64,000 nt of DNA, taken from contig JAPEUG010000010.1 of the NCBI GenBank assembly GCA_026025795.1, forward strand, positions 1-64,000. The letters are read 5' to 3'. Below, piece by piece: positions 25,481-37,026 of the stretch. Positions within the stretch are counted from its first letter, which is position 1; each line of letters opens with the position of its first letter. The position numbers were made by a program, and so were the translations under genes. A model generated the notes under the pieces. It had not been told where the DNA came from. It was given only the letters and a program-made list of their open reading frames with translations, and did no database searches. Source of the DNA: Thelocarpon superellum. Taxonomy: Eukaryota.

Positions 25481-26417
25481 ACAGACGGAAGAGGAGCTGG
25501 AACGAGCTCAGAAGCAGGAAATGCGCTCTTATAAGAATGCCGGAGATGAGGGCCAGCCAAGAATGTGGGGTGAAGTGAGGGGCACGAGGTTGGGAATCAA
25601 CAACAAGACCATCCAACATGAATCCGACCGGTGGGCGGGGGCACTACTTCTATACATGGAGCATTGGGGCGTAGAGCGTGGGGCGAGGAGCTTGGAGCGT
25701 GGAGGGGCGGAATTTCGCCGACTTGGACAGCTCCGACCGCCACCGGGCCAAACTCCAGCCGACGGAACCGCATGGCCAGGCCCCTCCATGCCCTCCGCAG
25801 TCAGCATGTTGGGTCTAGATGACGGCAGAGGGGTGGAGACGAACGAGCCTGAGTGGACCGAAGAGGAAGCGCCTGGCACGCCGTCCTCCATCCCGTGCCC
25901 CAGATGTAGTAAGGACGCCCTCAGGATCAAGCCGATCGGTGCCAGAATCGGGCGAGGAATGCCTGGGCGCCAGGGACGTGGTCACGCATCCAGCACTGCC
26001 GGACGCCACGCTGTGCTAGATCGGGCAGGCTGCAACGCCGTCACCTCGCTCCTAGCACCCTCCGAGGAGCGGTGGGTGGCGTGGCCTCACGGCCAACCAG
26101 CCTCTTCCTGTCCGTCGTGTTGCCGTGCTCTCAACCGCCCAATCGCGGCTGATGGCGTGCACCTTATCTCCAATTAACTTGGGAAGCGGCGGAGAGGCAA
26201 AGTTGGCCAATGGAAACGAGAAAAATTAGTCGTGATTGGTAGCTGCGGCTATGCCTAAACCGGTCACACATGAAGGTTCACGGTAGTGTGGTTCAGATAT
26301 TCAACGGTCCGAGACATAGAGCAGTATTCTCACCTCACCCTGTTCGCACTGCGCCAACGCCCGACGTCGTCATCTCCTCCTCGGATTCATGATGGAGTTG
26401 TATCGCGAGATGGGGCA

Positions 26418-26450
26418 AAGGGCGAAGGGCGAAGGGCGAAGTGCGAAGTG
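26418..26450. repeat. (AAGGGCG)n imperfect heptamer repeat
   Basis: Read directly from the sequence; ~4.7 units. Confidence 0.8.
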
Positions 26451-29400
26451 TCCTGACTCCCCGGCCCCGCATATCCGTGCCATGCCAAGGGACGCTCGCT
26501 CCAATCTTCAACCCATGCGATCGATGAGGCTGGCCCAAAGCACCGTCCATTCGTCGCCGGATCCTCAGAGAATGAGAGCGGAGCTCAGAGCAATCATGGG
26601 GGTAAGGATGAGGGTAAAGGTGGATGTGAGCGCGAGTGAAGCAGAGGAATGTGATGCGGCCGAGACGGAAAGGGGAGCCCCACCGCTGACAGGTGATGAA
26701 AGCCTCTCCCAGCCTGGTGAGCCCAGGCCTGTGATTGCCATCCCAACGGCCGTTCGAGCCACAGCACGCCCATGATTGCGTCGCTTTCAGCGAGCTAAGT
26801 GACCCGCAAGCATGATCTGATGACTAGTCCGCCGTACCACTCCCAACACTCCTCCTACTTGATCAGTCGCTGTCCCACATTTCCCGTCGGCCCACCTTGC
26901 GCACTCGTCTCTTGCGCGGGGTAATCCACTCACCTGTCTCCTGTCTCAAAGTGAAAAAATGAATCCATCGCCGACTGACCTTCGCCGTCTGTCCACCTCT
27001 CGCCCTCCTCTCGTCCGTCTCCCTCTCGCTCTATACCCTCCACCACCGACCGACATCGGCCCAGCCTTCGGTCGTCGTCGGACGGCCAACCATCCTTCGA
27101 CACAAAGACCACTCGAAGCTGTGCGGCGAGCTGCTGCGACTGCTTGACTCCCAGTGCATGTAGCCTTTCTCAACAAATCGACCAAGGAAAACAAAATCGC
27201 TCTCGGTGATACGACAGACTTCTTGCACTTGAAAATGGCCATGTCGACTCGACGTGAGGCTGAATGTCGCCCATCACCTCTCACACACAGCGACCGAGGA
27301 CAGCTCAAAGACCTCGTCTCTCTTGGAAGAACTTACAGCTATCCGCGACCGTGAACACCGTCAAGCTCGAGGCTATGATGGATAGAAGGGCCCCTCCTGG
27401 CAAGTGGTGTCCAGCCTTCGTTAGATGGGCACCATAGGGGGTCAGGCCTATCAGAGACCTCTCTTGGCCGATCGCTTCGATGGCGGAAACACTCTAAACG
27501 CCCACCCGTCCTGTCGAGGCGGTCATCCAATGGGACGGTCAAGCAGGATGGATTGTAGGTTGCCATATCTGTGTCATGAGACGTACACTGCTAAGAACAA
27601 AGTCCAGGTACGCTCTCTCCAACTTATCAATGCCCAGTGTGTCTAGGTCCAGGCCATTGTCGGGGAATACTCCCTGTCGATGATCATGGCCAGGCTGGAA
27701 TCAGCCGCCATCTCCGTCCATAAGGAGTGAGATAGAGTCATGGGCGTCGCTGATAGACCTAAGCGCCAGCCAAGTCAGCACTGCCGTTGAAGAAAGTGGC
27801 CAACTACGGCTCGGGCATACCTAATCGTCCCCGGGCGCTGGAATCCGCCGCACGGCGTGATTGTCGCTCTTGGCGCCGGCCACGCCCCAAATCATCGGCG
27901 GCTGTAGCGTTCCTCGCGTCAATCTTCACCATTGCGACTTTGGATCTGAAGCATGCAGACTCACCCTGCCCTGGCCAGCACCTGGATCCGTCCGGCCCCC
28001 TTGACCGTCATTCTTCTTCGGCGGAGCTTTCTTGCCTGCTTCGTGCCCACACTCCGGACATTTCGCGATTCCGTGGTCGTATACCTTGCTACAGTTGGCG
28101 CACGTTATGCAATACTTGCATTCTTTCCCCTCCGTGAACTTCTTTCGGCAATTTTTACATTCCTCCGTCGGCCCCTAAAGAGTTTCTCTTGTCAGTCTCT
28201 GTCCATGATCTTGGGCGTTGTTTGTCATGCACATGCTCCAGGGAGATATGCATTGGACGCAGCGAGACGCCCACCTACCGCGGCAAAAATCGGACCTGTC
28301 ACGCCGAGCACGGCGCTGATGTCGTTCGGATGGGGTAGTTCATGAAACGACATGATGCAAAGCCAGGATCTTACCACCGGTATATGGTTCGTTGGGACGG
28401 GTTGACAGTCTTGATGGGGTGCCTGGAGAAGGGGTGCGAGTGGATTCGAGGGCAGCTTGACCAGTCTGCCACGATCCGGCCGGACAAAGTCCTTATACGA
28501 CCCAGAATTGGATAGGGGGGAAGCATCGACACGCCCTTCCAGCGCAGGCCAAGGAGGGGTTCAATCCACCATCAGCGGGCCTAGACACGCGCAATCAGCC
28601 ACCAGCGGTTGAGGTCACCGAGGCGGAGATGGGAGGGGTCGAGTCGATGGGCCCCCACGACCGCGCGGACGACAGCGACTGGCTGCAGACGGCGACCATC
28701 CTTCCTGCCTGTCATTGGGCGGCGGGACGTGACTTACCTCTTTGGAAGATTGAGACCCCCTTCCCGCGCTGCAGCCATGACCGACCGATGGGTCTGCTCG
28801 TGGGATGACCGCCGCACGAGCACGAAAGGAGCTGTGGCCCTCTTCTCCATCCGCTCGCGCGCGCTGAAGCTAGAGAACGAAGCCACATGACCCGAGGGAA
28901 TGGTCCACTACCACGACCATGTCCACGACTCCACGCACGCGGGCATTCAGTCGACTGATGGATCATGCTCGACCGGAAGAGGTGCGGGGCGGCTCAGCTT
29001 GACTGGCTGTCGGTCATCGAGGGCGTGGATGGGCGAGATGGTGCCGATGCACTCTACCGCCATGAAGCGCCACTCCACGGTACCCGTGTGGCGTCTCCGT
29101 CGGCGGCTGACCTATCTATGGTCGTGGTCAGGAAGACTCCGCTCATGTACCTTTGAGATGCGCACTTTATCCAGACAACTTGGACGGGAACCAACGCTCG
29201 CGGACGACTCGTGGATTCCACCGTCTTGACGGCAGGTGCAACTCAGGGGCTGAACCACCGTCACGGGGGATACTTGGGACTTGACAAGGACCCGTACGCC
29301 CCTCGAGCGTGCGTATACCGAAGATGCACTGTTAGCGTAGCATGCGTTAGCCTCCTGAACAGGTCACGGCGCTGCTCATCTTCTGGTCAAACTTGCCTCT

Positions 29401-32282
29401 TGCGTTGGGGTCAATGCAAGCGCCGACTGGAGAGGCCCCGAGAGTTGGTGTGAGCCGTTGGCGCGATGACGGTCAGAATCTCCGCCGCTCCACCTCCGGT
29501 GTGTGCAGATGACCACTCGGTGCCAGTGCTGTGAGCCACGGACATCTTCGGCATGCTGTGCCCCCCACCGCGAGGCGTCCAGTCAACCCGTCGAACATTG
29601 GTGTGTTGCTCTCTTGAACGGATGAAGCTCCCGCACAATGACGACAACGCTGAGGCATGACACCTTCGGCCGAGAGAGCTAGTCCGCCGGGGGAGAGATG
29701 CCGGCAGGTAAATCTTTCCGCCACTGGCTCCGCTGAATTTGGTTGGGCACCGGGGACGCGCACGGGGATGGCGGGATCCTTTTGCCATTGGGCTGACGAG
29801 ACTCGCGTCAAAAGAGTTTGGACGTGGGTGGCCGGACCGCGCCGGGGACGGACGATGTTACGCCTCTCGCACTTGGCGCCTTATCAAATGCCCTACCGGA
29901 GCACAAAACGACCCTTTGCGAGCCGTTCCTTCGCTGGAAACAGCGGCTGCGATCTAGCCATGGAGGCGAGCTCCCGCATTACCGCCGCTGGCTTTGGGTT
30001 GCGTCTTCCCCGAGGCGAGAACACTACCACGCAAGGATCGGACGCCATGAACCTCTTCGAAATTTTCACCGGCGCGTTTGGGCTGTCATCAGCATCCTAC
30101 CCTTAGGGGCCGCGGCTTGGTCTTGTCCGGAATGATCCCCCGGCATCTACGCGTCGACTGCATGGGCCACTTGGGCCTCGGCCACGACCGTCGTCAGGCC
30201 AGAAATGTCACGGATCCGATTGGTCACCGATCCAGCCTGATTCAACCGACTCGACTAATGCTACTCGAGACTCGGTCTACCTCTGCCCGGGCTAATGGCT
30301 ATCCGATCCTCTCGCGCTTTACGCATCCGTGCGGAATGCTCTGGTCAGCGTCCGATTCCCACGAGGACCGTCCAAGCCCCTACACAAGCCACGGCACGCC
30401 AGCTGGCATCGGCGATCATTCTAGACGGTATCATCACGCATGCAGCGATATGGATTGCTGCAACATGACTCCAGTCAGGGCAGAAATTGGGAGGCCAGTG
30501 TTCGGTTACGACGGCTGGGCCCTCCAGCTCCTGGATAGCGCCGTGAGCGAGCTCTACGTTAGGCATGGGAATCAGTACGCGGCGGCCGGCCTCCCGGCCG
30601 TTCTAGTCTCGTTGGTGGAACAGGGATCGGAGCAGAGACGGCGGCGTGGGGCTCCTTGGGGCGCCACGGTGACCCCAAACGCCTGCGTCGTCGCTTGGAC
30701 CAGGAGCCTTTTCCCCGCCGAGCAACGTTGCAGCATTTGGTTGTGATGGTTGGCTCCACAGCCCCGTTGGCAAGCCATGTCCGAGTTGTTGGACCCGCAC
30801 CTGGCTGCGCCGAGTATGCCGCGCATGTCGTGTGCAATCTTGCCCCTTGTTCAGGCTTGAGCGCGGCATGTGGTCCGTGGAATAGAGACCTACGCGCGAT
30901 GGTCCTACGATGGTCAAGTGCCAATCCGGTGGAAATACCTGGCCAACCTTGCAGTCCAGATCCAGGTTGGCAAGGTAGGCAAGGTAAGCGCAACTTGTGT
31001 GACCATGATCCACATTCTTCGGTTCGGTGAGTATATGCCCCCTTCTTTGGCCAATCTTCCGCACCGTGGGATGCATTCACCTCGCGGCAAGAATGGCTCG
31101 CCTGCAGTGTCGAGGTGGAGTCGTGATTACGCATCCTCCATTCAGCGATGCCATCTGCACGCCTCGTCCGCATGCGCCAGAGGCGATGCTCGGACCGAGA
31201 TGGGGCGGAGGTCCGAGGGTGACGAGCCCTGCTGGCGTCCGACACGACACCTGAGCCGTCTTCAGCTGGCACACCGATCCTCGCGTCCGGCCCAAACAAA
31301 GCGGGTGGGGCTATCGAGGCCAGACGCCTGTTATTGTCGGCCGTGCGTCAGTCGACCCTCCATTACGCCTATGGCCATCGAAGCCGCTCTTCTGGGCCGG
31401 CCTCGATCGCGTCCAATGATTGGGACATTGATTATCCCGGCCACCACACTCATCGATACGAGCGGCGTCGGCGCCTGCATTTCTATCTCCCATCCTTGAC
31501 GCCCGCACGAAGGAGGTGGCAGCGGTACGATCGGTGAGCAGGCTCTTCCCCTATCCCTCTATTTGGGGTACCGGGGGATCCCCCCATCGTTGGAGATTGT
31601 GACGCTCCTTGGGGGCTGATCGGTGATGAAGGCACCGTGGTGCCTATTGCTCAGCTGATTGACTGAGAAAGCTCGTGTAGACCTTGACGGAAAGGAAACC
31701 GGGTTGATGGCGATTTGAAGAGACTCCAGGCAAGAACCGTCTCCTCCCTACTCATCACCTCGTTCTTACCTGATGCTCCTCTTACGTCCCCTTGGACCGT
31801 ATGATGCCGACTGGAGGTGCATCTCCACGGTAAAAGAGCCCCTATCACAAAAACGAAGATAATCGCTCTCCTGGTGGGAGATGGTCGACAACGAGGTCGT
31901 GTCGAGCACAACCGGCGTCCTATTCCTGACTACAGCCACGATTATTTCATCCCTTCTCAGCCTGTGGCGGGGGCTCTGCTCTGGAATGTCTCCAGGAGCC
32001 ATTTTACGTGGGGATGAAACTGATTTTGGTAGGACGGTCGCTGTGGGTCGTTTCCCCCTGAAAATCTACAACGTCCGGCCGTCCATTCTCGTTCAGCAGC
32101 GTGTGGACGAAGCACTTCAACCACGCCTTCCTTTTCGTGATGCCGTCGCTCACCTCCTTCAATCTTCTACCTGCTCCATGGACGGAGATCTCCAGACTGG
32201 GTTCATTGTTTGCGTCAGGTCATTGAAAGATAGTGCCAAGTCACTTACTAACACTAACGCGCCAGCGCGTCAGGAACAGAGC

Positions 32283-32856
32283 AGAAGACAAGAGGAAGAA
32301 AACTTCGCTCTTGCCCCTATCTTCTCCCTCACTTTGCCCGGTCGGATTATAGGTGGGAAGGTTGTTCGGCACGTTCGCTGTCTCCAGCGAGCGGGCGCCG
32401 GTTGCACTCCTACCGCCATGATCAAAAACTTCGATCTTTCACTGAATGGTTGTTCCTGCAAAGCAGACTTGCTCGCCGCCAGTCCTCCTTCATATCCTCG
32501 ATTTGGCCCGGTCGGATCGAAGGTCGACGGAGCGGTTTCCACGCTGCTTGATACCGACGAGCGACACCGGTGGACCACCTCGTTATGAAACAGCCGTCTG
32601 ATCTTACACGAGAACGGTGAATGAGGAGACTCTTCTCTTTTCATGGGCCCGTCCTTCCTCCGATTTCGCTCGGTCGGATCCAAGGTTGGAACGGGAGTGG
32701 GTGAGATCACTGTCTTTAGCCATTCGGTGCCGGTGGGCCTTGTCCTACTTGAAACACCACACCATCTGGCTCTTCACAAGAAGACAATAGGAAAGGAGAG
32801 GGCGCCTCACTACGCAAGCCTCTCCCTTTCTTCTTGGGCCCAGTCGAATCGAGGAC
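32283..32856. repeat. Diverged tandem array of ~165-nt units with conserved motif islands (candidate structured ncRNA)
   Basis: Motif C(G/A)GTCG(G/A)AT at 32339, 32509, 32671 and 32841. CCGGT(T/G)G at 32398, 32567 and 32730. TGA(A/T) and G(A/C)TCTT..CAC..GAA motifs recur at matching offsets. Confidence 0.75.
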
Positions 32857-33883
32857 CTGCTTACGGATGAGATCCTGCATCTGCGGCGCGACCGACCAAC
32901 GGAGCGTCGGAGCGAGTTGAACGAGTCGCGAATCACCAGGGCACAGCAATCGCCCAGGACGAGAACAGCCAGCAACGTCTGCACACAGCTCTTATTTCCT
33001 GCGCTTCTATCATGATGAAGGATGCGTAACATCGACAGAGAATCCGTAGTGAGAGAGACAGAAACGGAGAGAACGAACCAAAAAGAACTGTAGCCATGCC
33101 TTGACCCGAGCATCCACCACCGCGAACAACTCACGTCTCCCTCCTACGCTGCGTACCGACTGGATGTGGATGTAGAGAGGGGAGGGTGTAGGGAGAATCA
33201 ACATACGTCGCGGTCGACGAGAGACGCGTTGTGTTGTAGGGTCGTGGTGTTGTGTCGGAGGTGAGAAAAAGGGTAGTGGAGAGTAGAAGGAGGAGGCGGA
33301 CGAGGAGGAGGAGGAAGGGGAGGTGCGACCGCCGACCGGGGGATCGCCGACCGGCACCAACTCCTCTCCCCAACTGCCTACCGACCGCTCTCTCACTCTT
33401 ATCTCTCCTCTCCTCTCCTCTCCCTCTCCCTTCCAGCACTGGATCATGCCCTCCTCTGCTCTCCTTTTCACTCCTCGAATCTTCTAGCCGACTCGTTCCT
33501 GGTGGGATGAGCGATGAGGCGAACGGGCGCGCGGGCGGGCTTCCTCCTGCCACTACCATCCCACGGCTACTACGACCACCACAACACGACAACCCGGGTT
33601 GAAGAGGAGAATACCACGAGCGAAGAACGGAGGTGAATCCACCGTTTCGTCCTCATTCACTCATTATCTTTATTACCTTCCTCATGCCCTTCTTCGTTCC
33701 AGATTAATGTACCCTTTCCTCCCTTCTCCCCTGACCCTTTCCTAGCCATCCTACTCTCCCTCGTGCTCTTCCCCGTCGGTCAGTTCCCCCCACCTCGCGA
33801 CTGCCACAGCCCCAGTCTTGCCCCAATCAACCCAGAACGCCATTTCTCGGCCCTTTCCTACCTAGACCGTCAATCGCCATGGT

Positions 33884-36800
33884 CTACCTCAACACCTTCT
33901 TCACGCAAATCAACACCCGCCCTGCCGTCGGCAACCCGTTCGTATCCAAAAGCGAGAGAAGCCTGTAGCCACATTGCAACCTGTCTAGTCGGATACACGT
34001 CCACGCCGCTAACATGTCTTTCGCTAGGCGGTCGTTGGAGTGGACCTTGATGCTGTTTCAACTTTCCTCCATCAGTCCCGCTCAATAAGTAGGGAAGGGG
34101 GTGAGGCATGGAGGATGGGTGGCGGTAGTGAAGGAGAGGAGGAGAGGAGGAGAACGGATGGAAGAGGAAAGTACGTACCGCAAGAAGCTCAACTCATCCA
34201 CCACACCAGGAATGCCAGTAAATGACAATACCTCCCCGTCAAAGTCGGGATCAATCCCCGTCAGACTCCTCGTGTGGCATTTGTGCTCGCCTTCTTTGCT
34301 CCGGCCACCACCTTCGATCGGGGCGCCGCTTCGTTCGGTCGCTTTTTCGACGTGCAGCTCGGCCTTGACGTACGGGTGAAAGGCCGAGGGCGACAAATTC
34401 CCAAGTGGAAGGGGAAGGTCCTGGGCGGCAAAGACCTGGATGCTTAGATCCAGCGTCTTGTGGTCAATTGCCGCCGCTTGACCCATGGCGTCACTGGACG
34501 TCTGGTTGTCGATCCCACGATAGCCGCGAGGCTTCAGCACCCACCCGTTCGTCCCGGCGAACATGCCCTCGTTCAACATCATGCCTTCGTCCCATCGCTG
34601 CCAGTTCAGCGCAACCATTTGTACGCCCTTTCGCCAAAATACTGACGGATCCAGGTTGGAGGAAGATACCCGGAGGCCTTTGGGGTACGCTCGCATGAGG
34701 AAGTGCTGTAGATGTCAGGATGGTACGATGGTGATGTGGGAGTGGGCCTACCCGATTATGATGGAACAACGCCGCGCCGTGCGTCTCGTGAAGGCTCATC
34801 AATGATTTCTCAGACAAAGAGAAGACGTGGTTCGGGACGGTGGCCTCTGCGGTAAAGTCAGATAGGCCTTATACCTTGACCAGATACGCCAGCATGCCGA
34901 CCACATGAGAGAAAACGTATGCACAAGATCAACTCACCAGGCTGATCCAAGCTCGAGAAGTGATAGCTTCGTGTATAGACGGCGAGACGTCCTAGGGCCT
35001 CGATAACCTTGGTCGGCTTCTTCCTTTTCTTCTTGTATTTCTCCGGCGAACCTGCTTTCTTCCCTTCCTCCGTAGCATCAGGAGCCGAGGACGGCGCCGA
35101 AGTTAGCGTCAAAGAACGCTCAGAAACCGAGTCCTTCCCCAAGACCACCTCAGCATCAGAACTCTGGTCCGAGTCAGAGGTCCTAATTCGGTTCGCTGGA
35201 GCCATCGCCGCGCCGCTCTCGGCGTCAGTCTCCGCATCTCCGGCTTGGTCCTGTGTATGATCGTCCTCCTCCTTTATTGTAGTGGTTGACTTTTCCGGCA
35301 CGCCTTTGACTTTAATCAGGATCTTACGCCGGAGGTCGGAAAGTGGTGGTCCGGCGTTGAGCTGTTCTGTCTGTGTCATTTCAAGGGCGCTTGGTGTCGC
35401 CGAGGTGGAGGTGGAAGTGGAGGTGGATACGGAGGTGGATGCGGAGGTAGTGTCCGTGATAGATGTGGATGCAGAGGCGGTAGGTGTATCGGAGGTTTTC
35501 GATGAGGTCGTACGTCGATCCAACAGCATGTCTCCCCATGTTTCCCGCATGATCTCGACCATCTTCGGCTGCTGCTCCAGGCTCACGTGGAGCTCGAGGC
35601 TGACTATGATGGGCATGTCGCTATTCAAAAGAGGAGGAAAGAGTCAGAGGCGTTTTTGGCTCGTTGAGTGTGGATCCATACCTCGTCACGAACGCAGTCT
35701 CCCGTATCGCCTCGCAAACTTCTCGAAAAGAGATCTCTTTCGTGAGTGTGTGTCCTGCGTGGATCAGCCATGGAATTCCCTCCATGGTGAAGAGTGGAGC
35801 AAAGATTGGACGATGGCTTCCACCTACCATGAAGAACCCTGGGTTCTGCCCTTGAACCGGACAAGGTACTTGAGGTACTCGAACCATTTAGCTCGACAGA
35901 TTCCTCCCCGACTTCACCCGCATCAACGTCGTCTGACCCTTTCTGCGCTTGCAGCAGCAGCTGCTCTCGACTAAGAGCCCCCCGAAGCTCTTTAGGGATG
36001 GATCTGAGATCCAAGCTGCGAAGGTCTCTTGGTAGGGAGCGGAGGTCAAGATTGGTTTTTTCCAATCGCGAGGCGAGCGAGGAAGGGAGATGAGGACGGC
36101 GGATGGAACGATGGGCTCGTGAGAGAGCAGGGATAGGTGTATTCGAAGACGTGCCTTTCTCCGTCTCAAGGCGACTATTGGTAGTGGTGGGAGTCAAGGT
36201 GGTCGCGACGTCTTCCGTGTTGCCAGGGGTGGGAGAAGAGGAAAAGAAAGAGGGAATCGTTGAGGAGCGCGGTAGGTCCACTCCATCCCAGACATCAATC
36301 TCAATGCATCTGCAGCTTCGCAAGAGTGCCTAGAGTTGGAAGATGGATAAGTGCACATTCTTGTCTGGCGGAACGGGTCCGTCTCGATCATAGACATGAG
36401 GTGTTTGGGCACCGAGGGGCAAGAGGGTTACGTACGGATTTGTAGCCATCGGTATTCGACTGGCCGTAGAGCTGATTGCCAGTCAAGTACGTGTTGTGAC
36501 TTGACGAGATGAAGTAATTTGTGATGGGATAGGACAGATCGGGGTGGACATCCACCGTATCGTTGGTCGTGATAGAAGTGGCGGAGGAAGATGGATGGAG
36601 AGAGGGAGATGTATACGGAGGAGGACCAAGGGCATCAAACGCAGGCGAGGTCACGTAGTTTAGGAAGTCGCTGAAGTAGATAACGTCTCGATGGGACAGG
36701 AGAGTGGAAACAGCAGCATCTAGCGCGTCGGGAGAGGTTTGAGCCTCGTTGGGCGCCACATGAACCGCGACGCTCTGAGTTTCTTTCAGGAATCGAACGG

Positions 36801-37026
36801 CTTCCTTGCGATCCAATCCACCATCACCGCCGGCGACGGCGGTGAAGATGGTCTTGAGGTGCTTCAAGACTGAGGGTTTCAACGCTTCCACTACTCGCGG
36901 CACGGGCACCATAGGCGACAGTGGTGCCGGTGACACGTTTGTGCCGTCAAGCTGGTTCGGTGCATTTGCCTGCGACTGCGGCATCGCGATCGTGTCACCC
37001 TGCGAAGTCGTGGACTCCGTGGCCAT
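33884..37026 (-). CDS. Phosphoinositide-specific phospholipase C (EF-hand-like region, split X domain, Y domain, C2 domain; no PH domain seen), multi-exon
   Basis: YFISSSHNTYLTGNQL, CRCIEIDVWDG, EPRVLHG/HTLTK, PIIVSLE, LRRKILIKVK, MRAYPKGLRVSSSN, GVQMVALNWQ and the C2 ending AWTCIRLDRLQCGYRLL. Introns include 36435-36330. Confidence 0.95.

Noticed and set aside
24770..26177. Several 90-240 aa ORFs around the palindrome
   Set aside because: No domains, mutually overlapping, and no consistent splice model.
31651..31758. Minus-strand C/D snoRNA (GTGATGA...CTGA) with partial 18S-like complementarity
   Set aside because: Only 7-9 nt matches to recalled rRNA sequence and no clean guide next to the D box. 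Kept only as part of the structured-region finding.
32245..32260. CTAACACTAAC as a telomerase RNA template
   Set aside because: It does not match the TAACCCTAA template expected for TTAGGG telomeres, and I recognised no pseudoknot or CR4/5. It also resembles a branch point. It would need the organism's telomere repeat to be TTAGTG.
31881..32588. 235-aa ORF overlapping the array
   Set aside because: No recognisable motifs or protein-level periodicity, and the repeat spacings break the frame.
32283..32856. CRISPR array interpretation of the periodic motif
   Set aside because: The context is eukaryotic and there are no cas genes. The repeats are degenerate, and the 'spacers' are ~135 nt and share internal motifs.
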